A stretch of DNA of 63,464 nucleotides, the filler included, from Folioceros fuciformis (taxonomy: Eukaryota), in the NCBI GenBank assembly GCA_049999805.1. It is 7 parts of 7 records of this genome, joined end to end, with 100 filler letters (N's around TTAATTAATTAA, not from the genome) between each part and the next. Parts side by side here need not be neighbours in the genome. Positions count along the whole stretch, not along the records: positions 26,267 to 38,660 come from JBNGIO010005353.1; positions 38,761 to 45,069 come from JBNGIO010005355.1; 5 more parts are not named here. One strand, given 5' to 3'. Position 1 is the first letter of the stretch, and every line of letters begins with the position of its first letter. The position numbers and the translations under genes were made by a program. Below the pieces are notes generated by a model, which searched no databases, was not told the DNA's origin, and was given only the letters and a program-made list of their open reading frames with translations. Shown in pieces: positions 27,296-40,700 of this stretch.

Positions 27296-28926
27296 TGTTG
27301 ATATAAATGGAGAGCAAGAGAGATGAACAACCATAAGGCAATAGAATAAAACAACAATAATACAAAGTCATGTAAAGAGTTTATATATCTATGCTAGGCA
27401 CCCCTTCGCTAAAGTGATCCTTGAATAATTAAACTAAACTTAACTAACCATAACTAACCAGGGGTAAACCCTAAGCGAGTGAGGTTACCCCGTGAACACC
27501 CTCCCTTAAGCGAGACGAGCTTAAAAGTTATGACGGGACTGAGCAAGGGTCTAGCGAAGCAAGTGAGGACGACCATGAGGAGAAGATGGGCACGCGAGGC
27601 GTAATGAGCGACACTCATCACTCAGAGAGGACGTGTGAGCTGGAGCAGAGAATAAATCTCGCATCAGCCTACGCAGTGCTCCTCACAGCCATCTTCCTGT
27701 GCGCCCAGATCGTAAGGGCAATACTGCCTTATACGATGCCTAGGAGTCGTTCATCGAAGCGGAGTAAGAGTAGCAGTGGGGCTAGGAGAGCTCGTCTTGC
27801 TAAGCGTCCAGCAGTGGAGAAAGAGTGGGGTGAAACCCATGTGGTGGAGACCAGCTTAAGGGTTGGCGGCTGGAAAGTGTTGTTCAACGTGACCTTGTGC
27901 TGGACAAAACCTGGGAGAGAAGAAGCACTCCCAGCAAATACTGGCGATGAAACCAGCTTGATGAGGCCGCTATAGGAGGCACATGGATTACTTGGGTTGC
28001 TGAAGATACTGCAAGAAGAAGAGATAGCAGTCAGGGGAAACCAGCGTGCAGGTGATTAGGTTAACGTCGCATTTCATCCACCTGACTTGTGTTTCATACT
28101 GTTGCTTCCAGAGTGTTCAGACTATTGTTGTGTTGTAGTGGCTAACCCTCCCTGTCGCCTGATGACAGGCACATAAGAACACAAAAGGAAAAGCTATACT
28201 CCACAATACTGAGGACTCGGGCCTCACCCGTAAGTCCTGTTTGCAGTATGTTAACCTGTAGGCTTGAAATAGGGCTGAAAGTTGATCAGCCTAAGTGCCT
28301 GCATGTGCTTCTTGTGCTTATCCTTTGGTAGGGCCTTTGTTAGGATGTCTGCTCTGTTATTCTCAGTAGGCACATAGAGAATTTTAACTAACCCCCTCGC
28401 AGCAGCATCTCTAACATAGTGGTGATGGAAGTCAATATGTTTCGTTCAAGCGTGGAATCGGGGGTTGGCAACAAGGGCGATGGCAGATTGATTGTCACAG
28501 TAGAGGTGAGTGGGGCCATCTTGTGTCTGCCCGAGGTCATGTAAGAAAGACCGCTCCCATTCCACTTCCTTAGTAGCATCTGTGAAGGATTTGTACTCAA
28601 CTTCAGTGCTTGACAGGGCGATACTGGTCTGCTTCTTGCAGCTCCAGTTGATGGAAGCATGAGTGAGGAGAAAAGCATAAGTGGACAAACTCTTACGGGA
28701 GTCACTATCTGAGGCCCAATCAGCGTCGGTATATTCTTCAAGAATAAGCGGAGTGGTCTGGTGTGCTCCTCGTCGATAGCAGAGTCCAATATAAGGCGAG
28801 CCTTTGAGGTAACGCAGAATACGTTTCACGGGAGTCCAATGAGCACGACCAGGGTTATCCAAAAACTGGGACACTATATTGATTGAATGTTGGATGTCAA
28901 GCGCATCCAATTGCTGACAAAAAGCA
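27296..28926 (-). mobile_element. Ty1/Copia element D, 3' part: RT/RNase H end, ~750-bp extra region, PPT and 203-bp 3' LTR
   Basis: YTDADWASD..RKS, SIALSSTEVEY, LYCDNQSAIAL..NPRFHA*TKHID, pol stop at 28251-28253. PPT gcttaagggaggg at 27511-27499. LTR TGTT..AACA at 27296-27498. Confidence 0.8.
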
Positions 28927-31900
28927 TGGAAAATTACATACTAGGATCGAGAGAACAAGATTGCAAAAAAGAAAGAATTAAATTGTGCACGGCCGGGATC
29001 GGCCTTAAGGNNNNNNNNNNNNNNNNNNNNNNNNNNNNNNNNNNNNNNNNNNNNNNNNNNNNNNNNNNNNNNNNNNNNNNNNNNNNNNNNNNNNNNNNNN
29101 NNNNNNNNNNGGATCGGCCTTAAGGCAAGAAGTGGGTGCGTCGGTTACCGGGGTCGTGAATGACGGTTAGTTAGGTCACGACTCTATGAAAGGCCGGAGC
29201 GTTTCATATCCCGGCATTTCACACCTAATGAATAAATTAATTAATTAAATAAGGCTGACTAATTAAAATGATAATCACTACGTATTCGCATTTTCCATAC
29301 TCCCACTTAGACAGATCTTCATTACTTTCGACTCGCCGTTAGGTTTGCTCCCCCTTACGGCAGCTGCGATGGATTGCGCCGCCGAGGGCCAGGTTGAGTT
29401 TGCAGTCGTGTTGTTGTTGGCTGGCGTGCTGATCCTTCTTGCGCTCCGCCAGAGGAAGACCTGTTCCTTGTGCGTTGAGTTTGCGAAGCTGCACAGTGCT
29501 GAGGCTGAGCTGGAGACAGCACATGCTCGATGGAGGCGGCTGCAAGGTTTTTCCTCGCCTGGTACCATATGCGCCATTCAGAATGCTTCCAAATTGCATG
29601 GACAGATTCTTGTACGCCGGGTCTGAGTTCACAGAAGAAGGACGGCTCATCATTCGCTATGGTGAGGCCATAGGCTTCGTGAGATGACGCCTCACTGATG
29701 TCTTTCCATTCTCTCTGCTGACCCGCTCTTGCCTTGCGCACAACCCTGGTACACGTGCTCCACTGTGATGCTTACTTGCCGCTTCAAGAGCAGCTATTCC
29801 TGGAACAGGATTTTGAGCTAGTGCTATTGCTAACTGGTTGTCACACAAGAGCAATGTAGGTGCATTTTGGGTTTCACCTAGTGAGGAGAGCAGCTCCCTT
29901 GTATAAACTATGTCCTGAGCAGCAGTAGTTGTAGCAGCTTACTCTGTTTCTGTAGAAGATAGGGCCACGACCTGCTATTTCTTGCTATACCAGGAGATGA
30001 TTGTAGCATCATACTCGTGTGCTCCTAGTAGCAGGTAATTAGCTGATATTCACCTGCGAGTGTCGGCATCAGCTACCCAGTCCGCGTCACAGAAATAGGT
30101 CATCAGCAGACTCTTGGGCCTCTGCTTGTACGGCAAGCCAAGTCTTGGAGTGCCTTTCAGGTATCTCATCACTCTGTACTACAGTCCAGTGTGTTGTTCC
30201 ATAGCAGGTTAGGAATTGGGAGGTTACTCCCACTGCGTATGACAAGTCTGGACGTGTCCAGTTTCTCCAGTAGATCAACGAGCATATTGCTGACCGATAG
30301 GGGACCCTCTCCATCTGCTGCCTTTCTGCTTCTATTTTAGGTGACTGTTCTGTACTAAGTTTTTCGCCAACAGCCATAGGTGTTCCAACAGGTTTGCTAT
30401 CTACCATTCTGTACCTAGCCAGTACTTGACTTATGTACTGTGCTTGATGTATGAACACCGTGTGTGTTGCCATGTTCTGCAGGATCTCTATGCCAAGGAA
30501 CCACGTGAGCTTACCCAAGTCAGTCATACAAAACTCAGAGGTAAGTATGGTTTTGACCTTAGCCATGATTTTTGGGTTGCTGGCAATAAGGACTATGTCG
30601 TCCACGTAGAGGGCCAGGAAGACCACTCCATTCTTCTCCTCCAGCTTGTATACGTTGGAGTCAGACTTTAACTGCAGGAAGCCCGACTGCTTGAGGTATG
30701 TGTCAATACGTTTGTAACAAGCTCGAGGGGACTGCTTCGGTCCATAGATGGTCTTAATTAGTCTGCACACCTTTCCTGGATGTTTGGGATCCACAAACCC
30801 CTCCGGCTGACTCATGAATATTGTTTCCTCCAGAGTCCCATTCAGGAAGGCTGTTTTGACGTCCATGTGTTCCATGGCGTAGTCCCTTTGTGCTGCTATT
30901 GCGAATAGTGTACGGACAGAGGTGGCCCTGACTATAGGAGAAAAGGTTTTTGTATAGTCCAGGCCTTCAACTTGGCTACACCCTCTTGTTACGAGACGAG
31001 CCTTGAAATGTGCTATGCTCCCATTAGCTGCAAGCTTTTTCTTAAATACCCACTTGCAGGTTACTGGCTTTCTACCAGGAGGTAGGTCCACCAGTTCCCA
31101 TGTATCGTTGTCCAGCAGTGACTGGTACTCTGAATCAATTGCCGCTGACCACTTTGACGCCTCTTGCCCGCTGATAGCCTCTTTGTAGGATAGGGGCCAT
31201 CCCAAGCTGTCAGGTGCGCTATCATCCTGCACAAGGAATGAGCTGTAGGTGAGGGGTGGTGTTACCCACTCATCGAGCGAAGCTGTGTGTCTCCTACTGC
31301 TTCGTATTGGCAGTTCAGCTTCTGGAGCTGATTCCTCCTCCGTCTCTGAGGCTTGTCCTTGTTCACGTTCCGTGACAGCTGCTTTCTCTTGGCTGCCAAT
31401 GTGGCTGCCTTCTGTATCCGCTTCATTCTCGTTGGTGTCAGCAGTTCTAGCTTGGGTGTCACCAGTGGTTTCCGCATCTTCGTCATCTGGGAACACACTT
31501 GCGGTCTGGTCGACAGTAGCTACAAGCACGTGAGCAAAGTGGGTTGTGGTGCTGGTATGTCTCCTCACTGCTTTGCTCTTCAGTGGTCCCACTTGTGAAT
31601 GCTTCCTGTTCAAGTACCAGCTCCGGGAGCTCAAGAGGAGGTGTGAGGAGTGACAGCTCGTCGAACACCACACTCCAGCAATGGGTGGTGCTTCTAGTGT
31701 TAGGATCCAGCAATTTATACCCCTTAACACCTTTTGTGTAACCCACGAATATGTACTTGTGTGCCTTATAGTCGAGCTTGACCCTTTGGTCCTCGGACAA
31801 GTGTGTGTATGCTGGAGCATCGAAAATCCTCAGGTGATTTATTCGGGGCTTGTGGGTTGTCCAGCAACCCTAAACCCTTGCTCCTGTGAACATGCTGGTA

Positions 31901-34900
31901 GGTACCCTGTTCCTGATGTATACAGCCGTACTAACTGCTTCTGCCCAGTACCCACGTGAAAGATGTGCTTGCTGCTGTTGAAATAGCACCACAGGCTTAG
32001 AAGGACTCCACAGTTCCTTACTTATGGTGCACAGGATGCTACATATATAGCCTTCAGACGGGGCAACCCTCGATAAGGTAAGCCTTAGTCTCGAGGGTGC
32101 AATATCCTAGTATATCCTGATATACCCTGATAACACTTAGGTGATAAATAACTACGAGTTCAATATAGGATAATCTACACTATCCTAAGTGTTGTATGCT
32201 CTTAATAACAATTCAGTTAGAGCTTGATTTCTAACACTCCCCCTCAAGCTCAGACTATTTGTAACACTCCAAATAGTTCACGAAAGTGTAAGAACTTATC
32301 TCTACCTAGCGACTTAGTAAAGATATCTGCTACCTGGTCTTCAGTCTTCACGTGCCGAAGCTCTCTCTTCTCAGATAATACCACTTCCCTGATGAAATGA
32401 TAATGTACTTCTATGTGCTTCGAATGAGCATGAAACACAGGATTAGTAGCCAACCTCATGCTACTCATGTTGTCACAGTAGATTGTAACCTTGCTATTCA
32501 CTATATTTCCAAGATCATGTAGCAACTTCTGCAACCAAGCTGCTTCACAGGCTGCCTCTGCAGCTCCTCGATACTCTGCTTCTGTGCTTGACAAAGCAAC
32601 TTTCGGTTGTTTCTTGCTTTGCCATCTGATCATACTACTTCCCAGATTAAATGCATATCCACTGGTTGATCTTCTGTCATACGCACAACCAGCCCAATCA
32701 GCATCTGTATATCCTGTCAGTTCAAGATGCTTCCTATGCTCATAGAGCAATCCAAACTCAGTAGTTCCTTTCACATATCTCATGATTCTTCTAACTGCAT
32801 CCAAGTGCGGTTTTCTTGGGTTCTGCATGAATTGACTAATAAGTCCCATTGCATAACTTAAGTCAGGACGTGTGATAGTCAAGTAGATCAAACTTCCGAC
32901 CATTTGTCGATACATAGTCACATTTTCCAGCTCAGCTCCTACATCCATTTGCAGCTTGACGTTCTGCTCCAATGGTATATCCATCGCTTTGCAATCTGCC
33001 ATGCCATACTTCTGCAACATATCCTTAGCATATTGTTTTTGGAATAGCCAGATTCCTTGAGGTGTAGATACAACCTCAATTCCTAAGAAGTATCTGAGTT
33101 CACCAAGATCCTTCACCTTGAACTCTTTTTGCAGATTCACCTTGACATCTGCAATACCATCTGCATCATCTCCTGTGATGATCAGGTCGTCAACATAAAC
33201 GACAAGACACACTTGTCCTACCTTGGTCTGTTTTACAAACAGACTGTGATCTGCGTCTCCAATCACAAACCCTCGCTCCTTCAAATAGCTTGTGATACAA
33301 GCATTCCATGCTCTAGGTGCGTGTTTGAGTCCATACAATGCCTTCTTCAGTTTGCAGACGTACGTTGGAAACTTAGGATGAACATAGCCTTCAGGCTGTT
33401 CCACGTACACTTCCTCCTGCAACTCACCATTCAAGAAGGCATTCTTGACATCAATTTGCCATAACTTCCATCCTTTAGCTGCTGCTAATGCTATGACTAT
33501 CCTTACAGTTGTCATCTTGGCTACTGGACTAAAGGTTTCCTCATAATCAAGACCATACTGTTGTGCATATCCCTTTGCAACCAACCTGGCTTTGTAACGC
33601 TCCAGCGTTCCATCTGACTTGAACTTCAGCTTGTACACCCACTTAGAACCAATAGGAACCTTGCCATCAGGCAATTGAACCAAATCCCACGTTCCGTTCT
33701 CAACTAATGCTGAGTATTCTTCATCCATGGCTTGACACCACTTATCATATGTCACTAAGCTACAATGCGCAACATTATGCGTATACGACAAGGGTCATGG
33801 CTTGTAAGGAGCCAACCAAGTTTGCTGATAGGTGTACCTGTCAATGGGTTTCCTAACCCTCTCATATCTCCTTGGTCTTGGTTCATTTTGAACCTGCCTT
33901 GCATATTGTTGCTCCTTAGCACCTGGCGTTTCCTCAGACGGAATGCCAAACTCATTGTCAATGCTCTCACTACTTGAGGATTCATATCCCTCATTTCCAG
34001 TTTTGCTGCTTTCTACTCTCCTCCTCACTGACATATCCGAGTCAGTCGTCTTCGGTTTACCATTCCGCAGTCTTCCAGACCATGGATTCACCGTTGGTGA
34101 TCCACCATTGGTCACATCCTCACTCTTTGCTGGAGTACTCTTAACAGTACTCTCCCCTGTGGGTTCGTCATAGGGTAGTGCAATTGAGTTGCTATACCAG
34201 GAGGCTAACTCATCAAATACCACATCCCTGCTTATCAAGATCTCATGTGTGGATGGCACATAACACTGATATGCCTTCCTATTTCATGCATACCCCAGAA
34301 AAACACTCTTTACTGCTTTATGATCCAGCTTCCTACGCTTCTCATCAGGTACATGCACATATACAATGCACCCAAACACTTTCAAGTGCCTAATATCCAG
34401 CTTATAGCTATACAGTCTCTCAATTGGTGTAGCATCATGAATTCCTGTCGTAGGAGTTCCATTCAGCACATACACTGCTGTCATCACTGCTTCTGCCCAA
34501 TAATCATTCGGTAAGCACTTCTCATTCAGCATTGCCCTTGCTGTTTCCATGACTACCCTGTTCTTCCTCTCTACAACGCCATTCTGCTGTGGTGTGTATC
34601 TACAAGTCAGCTATCTTCGTATACCATGATCTGCAAGATACCTGTCAAAACTCATTTGAGACATATTCTCCCCCTCCATCTGATCTTAGACAAGAGATGG
34701 AGCAACTGAATTCATTTTCAGCATGCTTTTTGAAGTCCTTGAAAGACTCGAACACTTCATCCTTATGCTTCAGTATGTACAGCCACGTGTACCTGCTGAA
34801 ATCATCAATGAAGGAGACATAGTAGTGGGCTCCTCCAAACGATGCATTTTGTGAAGGACCCCATACATCAGAGTGTATCAATTGCAAAGGTCTCGAGCTG

Positions 34901-37866
34901 TTCTGCACGTGTCGCACAAATGGAAACCTTGACTGTTTTCCAAATTGCCATGTAAAACACACATGACCAAGATCAGCATACTTGAACTTGGGCAATCCTT
35001 CCACCACGCTTTTCCGTTGCATAGATTTCAGCTTCTCTATGTTCACATGCCCAATCCTCTTATGCCATATTTCAACATCACGTATGGCACCTGCATCATT
35101 TGCAAACATTGCTGCATTTAGCTCTGGAATGGATGCATCCAGAGTGAACATCCGTCCATTCCGACTACCTTTAGTAATCAGTTTGTGCCCTCTGTTATAT
35201 TCTTCAATAAAGCATCCATCTTTATTGAATCGAACCTGCAGACTTTGTTCAGCCATCTGCCCAACAGACAACAGGTTCTTCGTAATGGTTGGAACATGCA
35301 ACACATCTTGCAGACTCTTCTGCTGACCATTCGGCATCCTAAGAGGAACAATTCCTTTGTGCTTTATGTCATGTTGTGTGTCATCTCCTGTACACACATG
35401 GCCATGGGGACCTGCATCCATCTTGTTAAACCACTCGCCATGCGGAGTCATGTGGTTTGATGCTCTTGAATCAATGTACCATCTCTCATCATTCTACCCA
35501 TCCTGTTCAGAGAGATGTTGCATGGCAAACAACCTATCCTGGTCATTTCCAGCATTACTAGAGGAGGCATAGTTCACATGCTGCCTTCCTTTTCCTCTCA
35601 TGTCTGCTTGCTGCTTATAGCAGTCCTTAGCAATATGACCAACCTTACCACAGTAGTAACACTCCTTGTCTCTATTGGAATCGTCATGAGATTGAAAAGA
35701 ACCATCTCTTCCTCTTGTGGCTCTACTTGCGCCTCTAAAACTTCCAGATTCTCTCTGGCCTTGCGCATTTCCTCCACGCCAATTGTCTTGCTGATTCTGA
35801 GTGTTCTGAGCATCACCCCATCCTTGGAATGAACCACGACCTCTGTGGCCTCTCCCACGCTGGTTAGAAAACAAAACAGTCTCTCCCTTGAGATATACAT
35901 GAACCTGTGTTCAGACCAAGCTTAACTTCCTCATGCAGCAACAAAGCAACCAATTCATCCCAACTTGGGAACTCAACTCTCACAGAGATTGATGTGTCAA
36001 AGGACTTGTACTCCTTGCCAAGTCCGTTCAGAGTAACTGCAACCATGCCATCTTCCATCACACTTGCACCGATTGTAGCAAGCTGATCAGCTATGGTCTT
36101 CACCTCTGTTGTATACACGCGTATGGATCTACTACCTCGTGACAAGTTGTTGAACTGCTGCTTCAACCGGATTTTCCTAGCATGTGTGACATTTCCATAG
36201 TTCCTCATGAGTATGTCCCATGCATCCTTCGGAGACTCACATCCCGTGATCTATGTGACCATAGCATCTGAAATGCTTAAGGAGAGCCAGTGTAACACTT
36301 TACATGCTCTCTCAGTCCAATGCTTGTGAGCAGTCTTTTGCTCCTATGATGGAGTACGATCCATCTCTGGTTCACTCTCATCACCTGTGCAGAGGTCCCA
36401 ATAACCTCTACCTACCAAGAAGTTCTTCATCCTGAACTTCCACAAAGCAAAATTCTTGTTATCCAACTTCTCTCCCACGACTTGAGAGATATTGTCTGAT
36501 CCCTGCACATTAGCCATGACTCGGGCTCCTTTACGCTCCTCCTGAGTCTCTCTCCCTCTTGCGCCTCTCGCGGGCTCTTGTGCCTATTGCGGCTTCCTAC
36601 GCCGCCTAAGCCGCTACGCCTCCTGCGCCTCTCAATGACTTGCGTTGCCAGCCACCTTCACAGTCACGGCCATAGCCTTTAACCCCCGCCATAGCTGCAA
36701 TGGCCGCCGACGCTCTCTCTGGCTCTGATACCATGTTGAAGTAGCACCACAGGCTTAGAAGGACTCCACAGTTCCTTACTTATGGTGCACAAGATGCTAC
36801 ATATATAGCCTTTAGACGGGGCAACCCTCGATAAGGTAAGCCTTAGTCTCGAGGGTGCAATATCCTAGTATATCCTGATAACACTTAGGTGATAGATAAC
36901 TACGAGTTCAATATGGGATAATCTACACTATCCTAAGTGTTGTATGCTCTTAATAACAATTCAATTAGAGTTTGATTTCTAACAGCTGCAGCATTGCTTT
37001 TGCACCTTCTTGTGTGTGCCAGTTACTGATCTCTGCTATGGGGTTCTGTGCAGATGTGTACGGGGTGGTTAGCTGCCTGGCTATGCCCTATCCCTTGTAG
37101 AAGTTGGCAAAGGCATCCGAGGTATATTTGCCCCCGTTATCGCTCCTCAAGGTTTTCAACAGTTCACCAGTTTGCCTTTGTGCAAACATCACAAATTCCA
37201 TGAAGCATTCCAGGGTTTGGCTCTTCTACGTACACCACAGTGTATCGGCTCCAATCGTCTATAAAAGACAGAAAGTATCTAGCTCCGCCAAGGGAGGTTG
37301 TAAACATGGGTCCACATAGGTCTGTATGTACCACCTCCAAGAGCTTGGTAGCCCAAGTAGGGTTGCTATCTTTGTAGGGAGCACGGTGGTGTTTGCCGAA
37401 CACACATGCCTCGCAGAAGGGCTTCTCAGCACGCTTCATGAGGAACTTCTCACGGCAAAATTTGTTACTTTTAACCATTGTGTTTAGCTTGTCAAAGTTT
37501 GTGTGACCTAGCCGGCAATGCCACAGCTTGGTGTCACGCTCTTCTTGTTGTGCTCGTGTTAGGTTTGCCACTAGTCTACCAAGCTCATACTGGATGTCTA
37601 GTTTGTACAGGTTATGCACAGGAGTCCCTAGTGCAACTATTTCACCTTTGTTTAGCTAGTTAACTACATGACATTGCTCGTTAGTGAACATAGTGCTCAA
37701 GTTGTGTTGCGTGTCTAGTAAGTAGATTGACACCAGGTTTTTGACCAAGGCTAGTACGTGCAGGACTTCGAGCATGGTTTCAACCCTTCCACTTGTTGAA
37801 AGGACAGGGACCTTGCCGACTCCTACAACTAGAAGGCCACAATTGTCACCAAGCAGAATGACCTGA
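28927..37866 (-). mobile_element. Decayed Ty1/Copia element A, inserted in element D and itself interrupted by element B and by an element at 37867
   Basis: 3' LTR TGGAAAA..TTTTCCA at 28927-29297 with PPT gtctaagtgggag. RT (CKWVFKKK, HMDVKTAFLNG, LYVDD) lies in 30087-31820. Integrase is split by B and rejoins as GAKAMLQQAHLSRGYWAEAV. LWHCRLGH and VHTDLCGP lie at 37164-37619. Confidence 0.85.
31976..36984 (-). mobile_element. Full-length Ty1/Copia element B (5009 bp), 5-bp TSD GCTGC, gag-pol broken by stops and frameshifts
   Basis: LTRs at 31976-32236 and 36734-36984 (TGTT..AACA; 7 substitutions and one 10-bp indel). tRNA-iMet PBS TGGTATCAGAGCC at 36733-36721. PPT from 32237. GCTGC at 31971-31975 and 36985-36989. 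Gag CCHC, integrase and RT YVDD, RNase H are in Copia order. Confidence 0.97.
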
Positions 37867-38660
37867 TGTGGAGGCAAAACCCCGGGCACTGATTGCCAAT
37901 GGGTTCCACCTTTAGTGCCCACACTTATCCCACTGTCGTTGAGACATTGGGTTTCGTTCCCACGAAGGAGCGATGGGGTTCCTTGCTGCTGTGGATGGAG
38001 GGTCGGACTTGATCGACTCGATGATGGATTCGAGGGCTCCCCTCTAGCTCTGATTAGGCGTAGGACAGGCCTCGCTGTCCGGCGGTTAGCTGCACCTCTC
38101 TCGGTGCCCACAAACTCACTCCAGTCACTACAACGACTCTAACCTCTCATATCTGCGACTTCCCTCACACACTTCACTCACTCTCTCGCTCCAGCACCAA
38201 CACCAACAACTACCAGCAACCAACAACGACACCACTACCTTCTACACTTCCCTACGGACTCCTCCTACCCGGCAAGAGTCACTAGACTAACCCCAAACAA
38301 AAGGAAGAGGGGAACACACTCCCCTCTTGGGTATCTCCTCCCCACAACCTTACCAGACGCCATGAGACATGGCCGGCCTACAGCACTTGACCAAGCAAGG
38401 AACAAGAGTGGACAGGTTGAGAGAAAGACACACCCTTTACAATCAAGAGCTAGGGGCAAGCCCCTACACCCTGGTCATTACACCTTGTGATCCTACCAGA
38501 CACTATACAACCGGCAACACGCTGCCCGCGATCCTACCAGACACTGTACAGCCAGCAACACACGGCTTGCGATCCTACCAGACGTTGCATAGCTGGCAAC
38601 ACACTGCAAGTCCTAAACCAAGCAGGGACAGACCACAAGAGCTCAGGAAGAGAGGACCTC
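37867..38660 (+). mobile_element. Terminus of a high-copy element (probable LTR, family E) inserted into element A
   Basis: Starts TGTGGAGGCAAAACCCCGGGCACTGATTGCC. The same terminus occurs at 44935 (+) and 38922 (-), and an internal part recurs at 57365-57537. Three ~41-bp internal repeats lie at 38489-38610. Confidence 0.7.
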
Positions 38661-38760
38661 NNNNNNNNNNNNNNNNNNNNNNNNNNNNNNNNNNNNNNNN
38701 NNNNTTAATTAATTAANNNNNNNNNNNNNNNNNNNNNNNNNNNNNNNNNNNNNNNNNNNN

Positions 38761-38922
38761 TCCATCATCGAGTTCATCAAGTCCGACCCTCCATCCACAG
38801 CAGCAAGGAACCCCATCGCTCCTTCGTGGGAACGAAACCCAATGTCTCAACGACAGTGGGATAAGTGTGGCCACTAAAGGTGGAATCCGTCGGCAATCAG
38901 TGCCCGGGGTTTTGCCTCCACA
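38761..38922 (-). mobile_element. Family E terminus, inverted copy
   Basis: Reverse complement of 37867-38028, beginning at the same TG. Confidence 0.8.
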
Positions 38923-39117
38923 GTTTGAATGATGGAGCTTCAACTACTAGACGAAATTTGGGACATTCTCAAATCATGTACAATGGTTTGAATGATGGAG
39001 CTTCAACTACTAGACGAAATTTGGGACATTCTCAAATCATGTACAATGGTTTGAATCATGGAGCTTCAACTACTAGACGAAATTTGGGACATTCTCAAAT
39101 CATGTACAATGGTTTGA
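38923..39117. repeat. Tandem repeat, 63-bp unit x3
   Basis: gtttgaatgatggagcttcaactactagacgaaatttgggacattctcaaatcatgtacaatg at 38923, 38986 and 39049. Confidence 0.95.
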
Positions 39118-40379
39118 AGCGCTCAATCTTTGTCACTTATCTCACCAATCTTTTCGCTTTGAAGAATTGGATCGGTTCCTGGATCATCTACAACAAGGTT
39201 TTCAAATGTTAATTGACATAGTTGACAAGTTGTGAGTATCATCTATAGGCTAAATTTCAAATTGTGCAACCTATTGCAACTTGCTTTTTGACGTCAATGG
39301 ATTCTACAGGGAGAATTAGGGCCATGCTCATCCTGAGGTTCCCCAAATTTGAAAGGACATCGTTTAATTGTGTTAACCGTTGTTTTTTAGGGTTTCCAAG
39401 AACTCATGAGTGCATTCATTCTGGTGGTGCTCATGATTGTTCAAATCCTTCCCAACTTGTTGCCGACATTCAAAGGCATATGCAAGCATGCTCTTTCAGT
39501 TACTACATTAAAAAGCATGTGCTGGCATTCTCTCCCACCTACTGTTGGTGTCTTCTTGGAATTTGTTGGTCTTTTCTCTAGAATGTCTCTTGGTATGTCG
39601 TCTTGGGGTTTTTCCCACACATCTCCTGGTTCACTTGAAAGAGACATGAACTTTCTTTTGTTGTGTCTCCTTCTGCAATGATGCACATGTTTGTACATGT
39701 CTGCATCAACTGGGATTAGCAACTCTAAAGCTTCTTCACCTAGGTTGTCCTCGTGTAACATTTCAAACTTTGAGATAGAGCAACAAGTTAGAATAATTAA
39801 GCTCTTGACAAACTATCTACACTCTCTTGGACAAGCTAGTCTAGTTTCTCAATACATAGTTCCTATTTTCGAAACGTTATAACGACACCAGCTATTACCT
39901 CTACTTCTATTGGTGCAACCTACTCAAGAGATTTTAAGGAAACATACCAATTTGATGGAACCCTAAACCTATTGGTTGAAATCATGTAAGCCTAACTTCA
40001 TCCAGAGAGACATCTTCGACTTGGTTTGTTAACTCAAGTGCAACCTCCCATGTCTACAACAATCATGATCTTTTCCCAACGTTTCACAAACAGAGCACTC
40101 CTCTATCAGTATTTGTTAGAGACTGTCATGGAGTTGAGGTCAAAGGAATAGGTTTAGTTTGTATACCTTTGCTAAATGCCTCATCTCTTGTGTTCAAGAA
40201 CATGTTGTGTCTCCCCAACATGAGTAAAAATCTACTTTCTATATGTGCTGTTGCTCTTAAGTCATAGGTATGGATTTCAATTTGAGCATAGCACATGTCT
40301 TGTCTATGACTTAGTAGATCCACTTAGCTATGTTACAAAGATTGTGTTAGTAAACAACTTGTATAAGCTTGTGCCAGTT

Positions 40380-40700
40380 TCTTAGGGAAGTGCACACTAT
40401 TCTTTGGCACACTCGGTTAGGACATGTAAATTAGGCCAAGATTGATTTTATGTCTTTCTCTAGTTGTTATTGGGAGAAGCTAGCATGTTTTAAACATCTT
40501 GCTTTGTGTAGTTCGAAAGAGTTACCTTTCAAGAACAAAACCTACACATGCCAAGGTAGTTTTAGAGCTTATCTACGAAGATGAATCAAGTAGACTTCCT
40601 GTTAAATCCCTTGGAGGTGCTCAATATTACATGACTTTGACTGATGATTTCTCTAAGATATATGTAGACCTTTCCCTTGAGGTGAAGAGTGATGTCTCCG
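40380..40700 (+). pseudogene. Heavily decayed Copia pre-integrase/integrase remnant
   Basis: LWHTRLGHVN near 40403 and VKSLGGAQYYMTLTDDFSK at 40600-40660, with many stops. Confidence 0.7.

Noticed and set aside
28996-29125. Short direct repeats on both sides of N gaps (also at about 40856 and 56777)
   Set aside because: These are unmerged contig overlaps.
38923-39117. Possible CRISPR array or repeat protein
   Set aside because: Head-to-tail identical units with no spacers, within decayed TE sequence.
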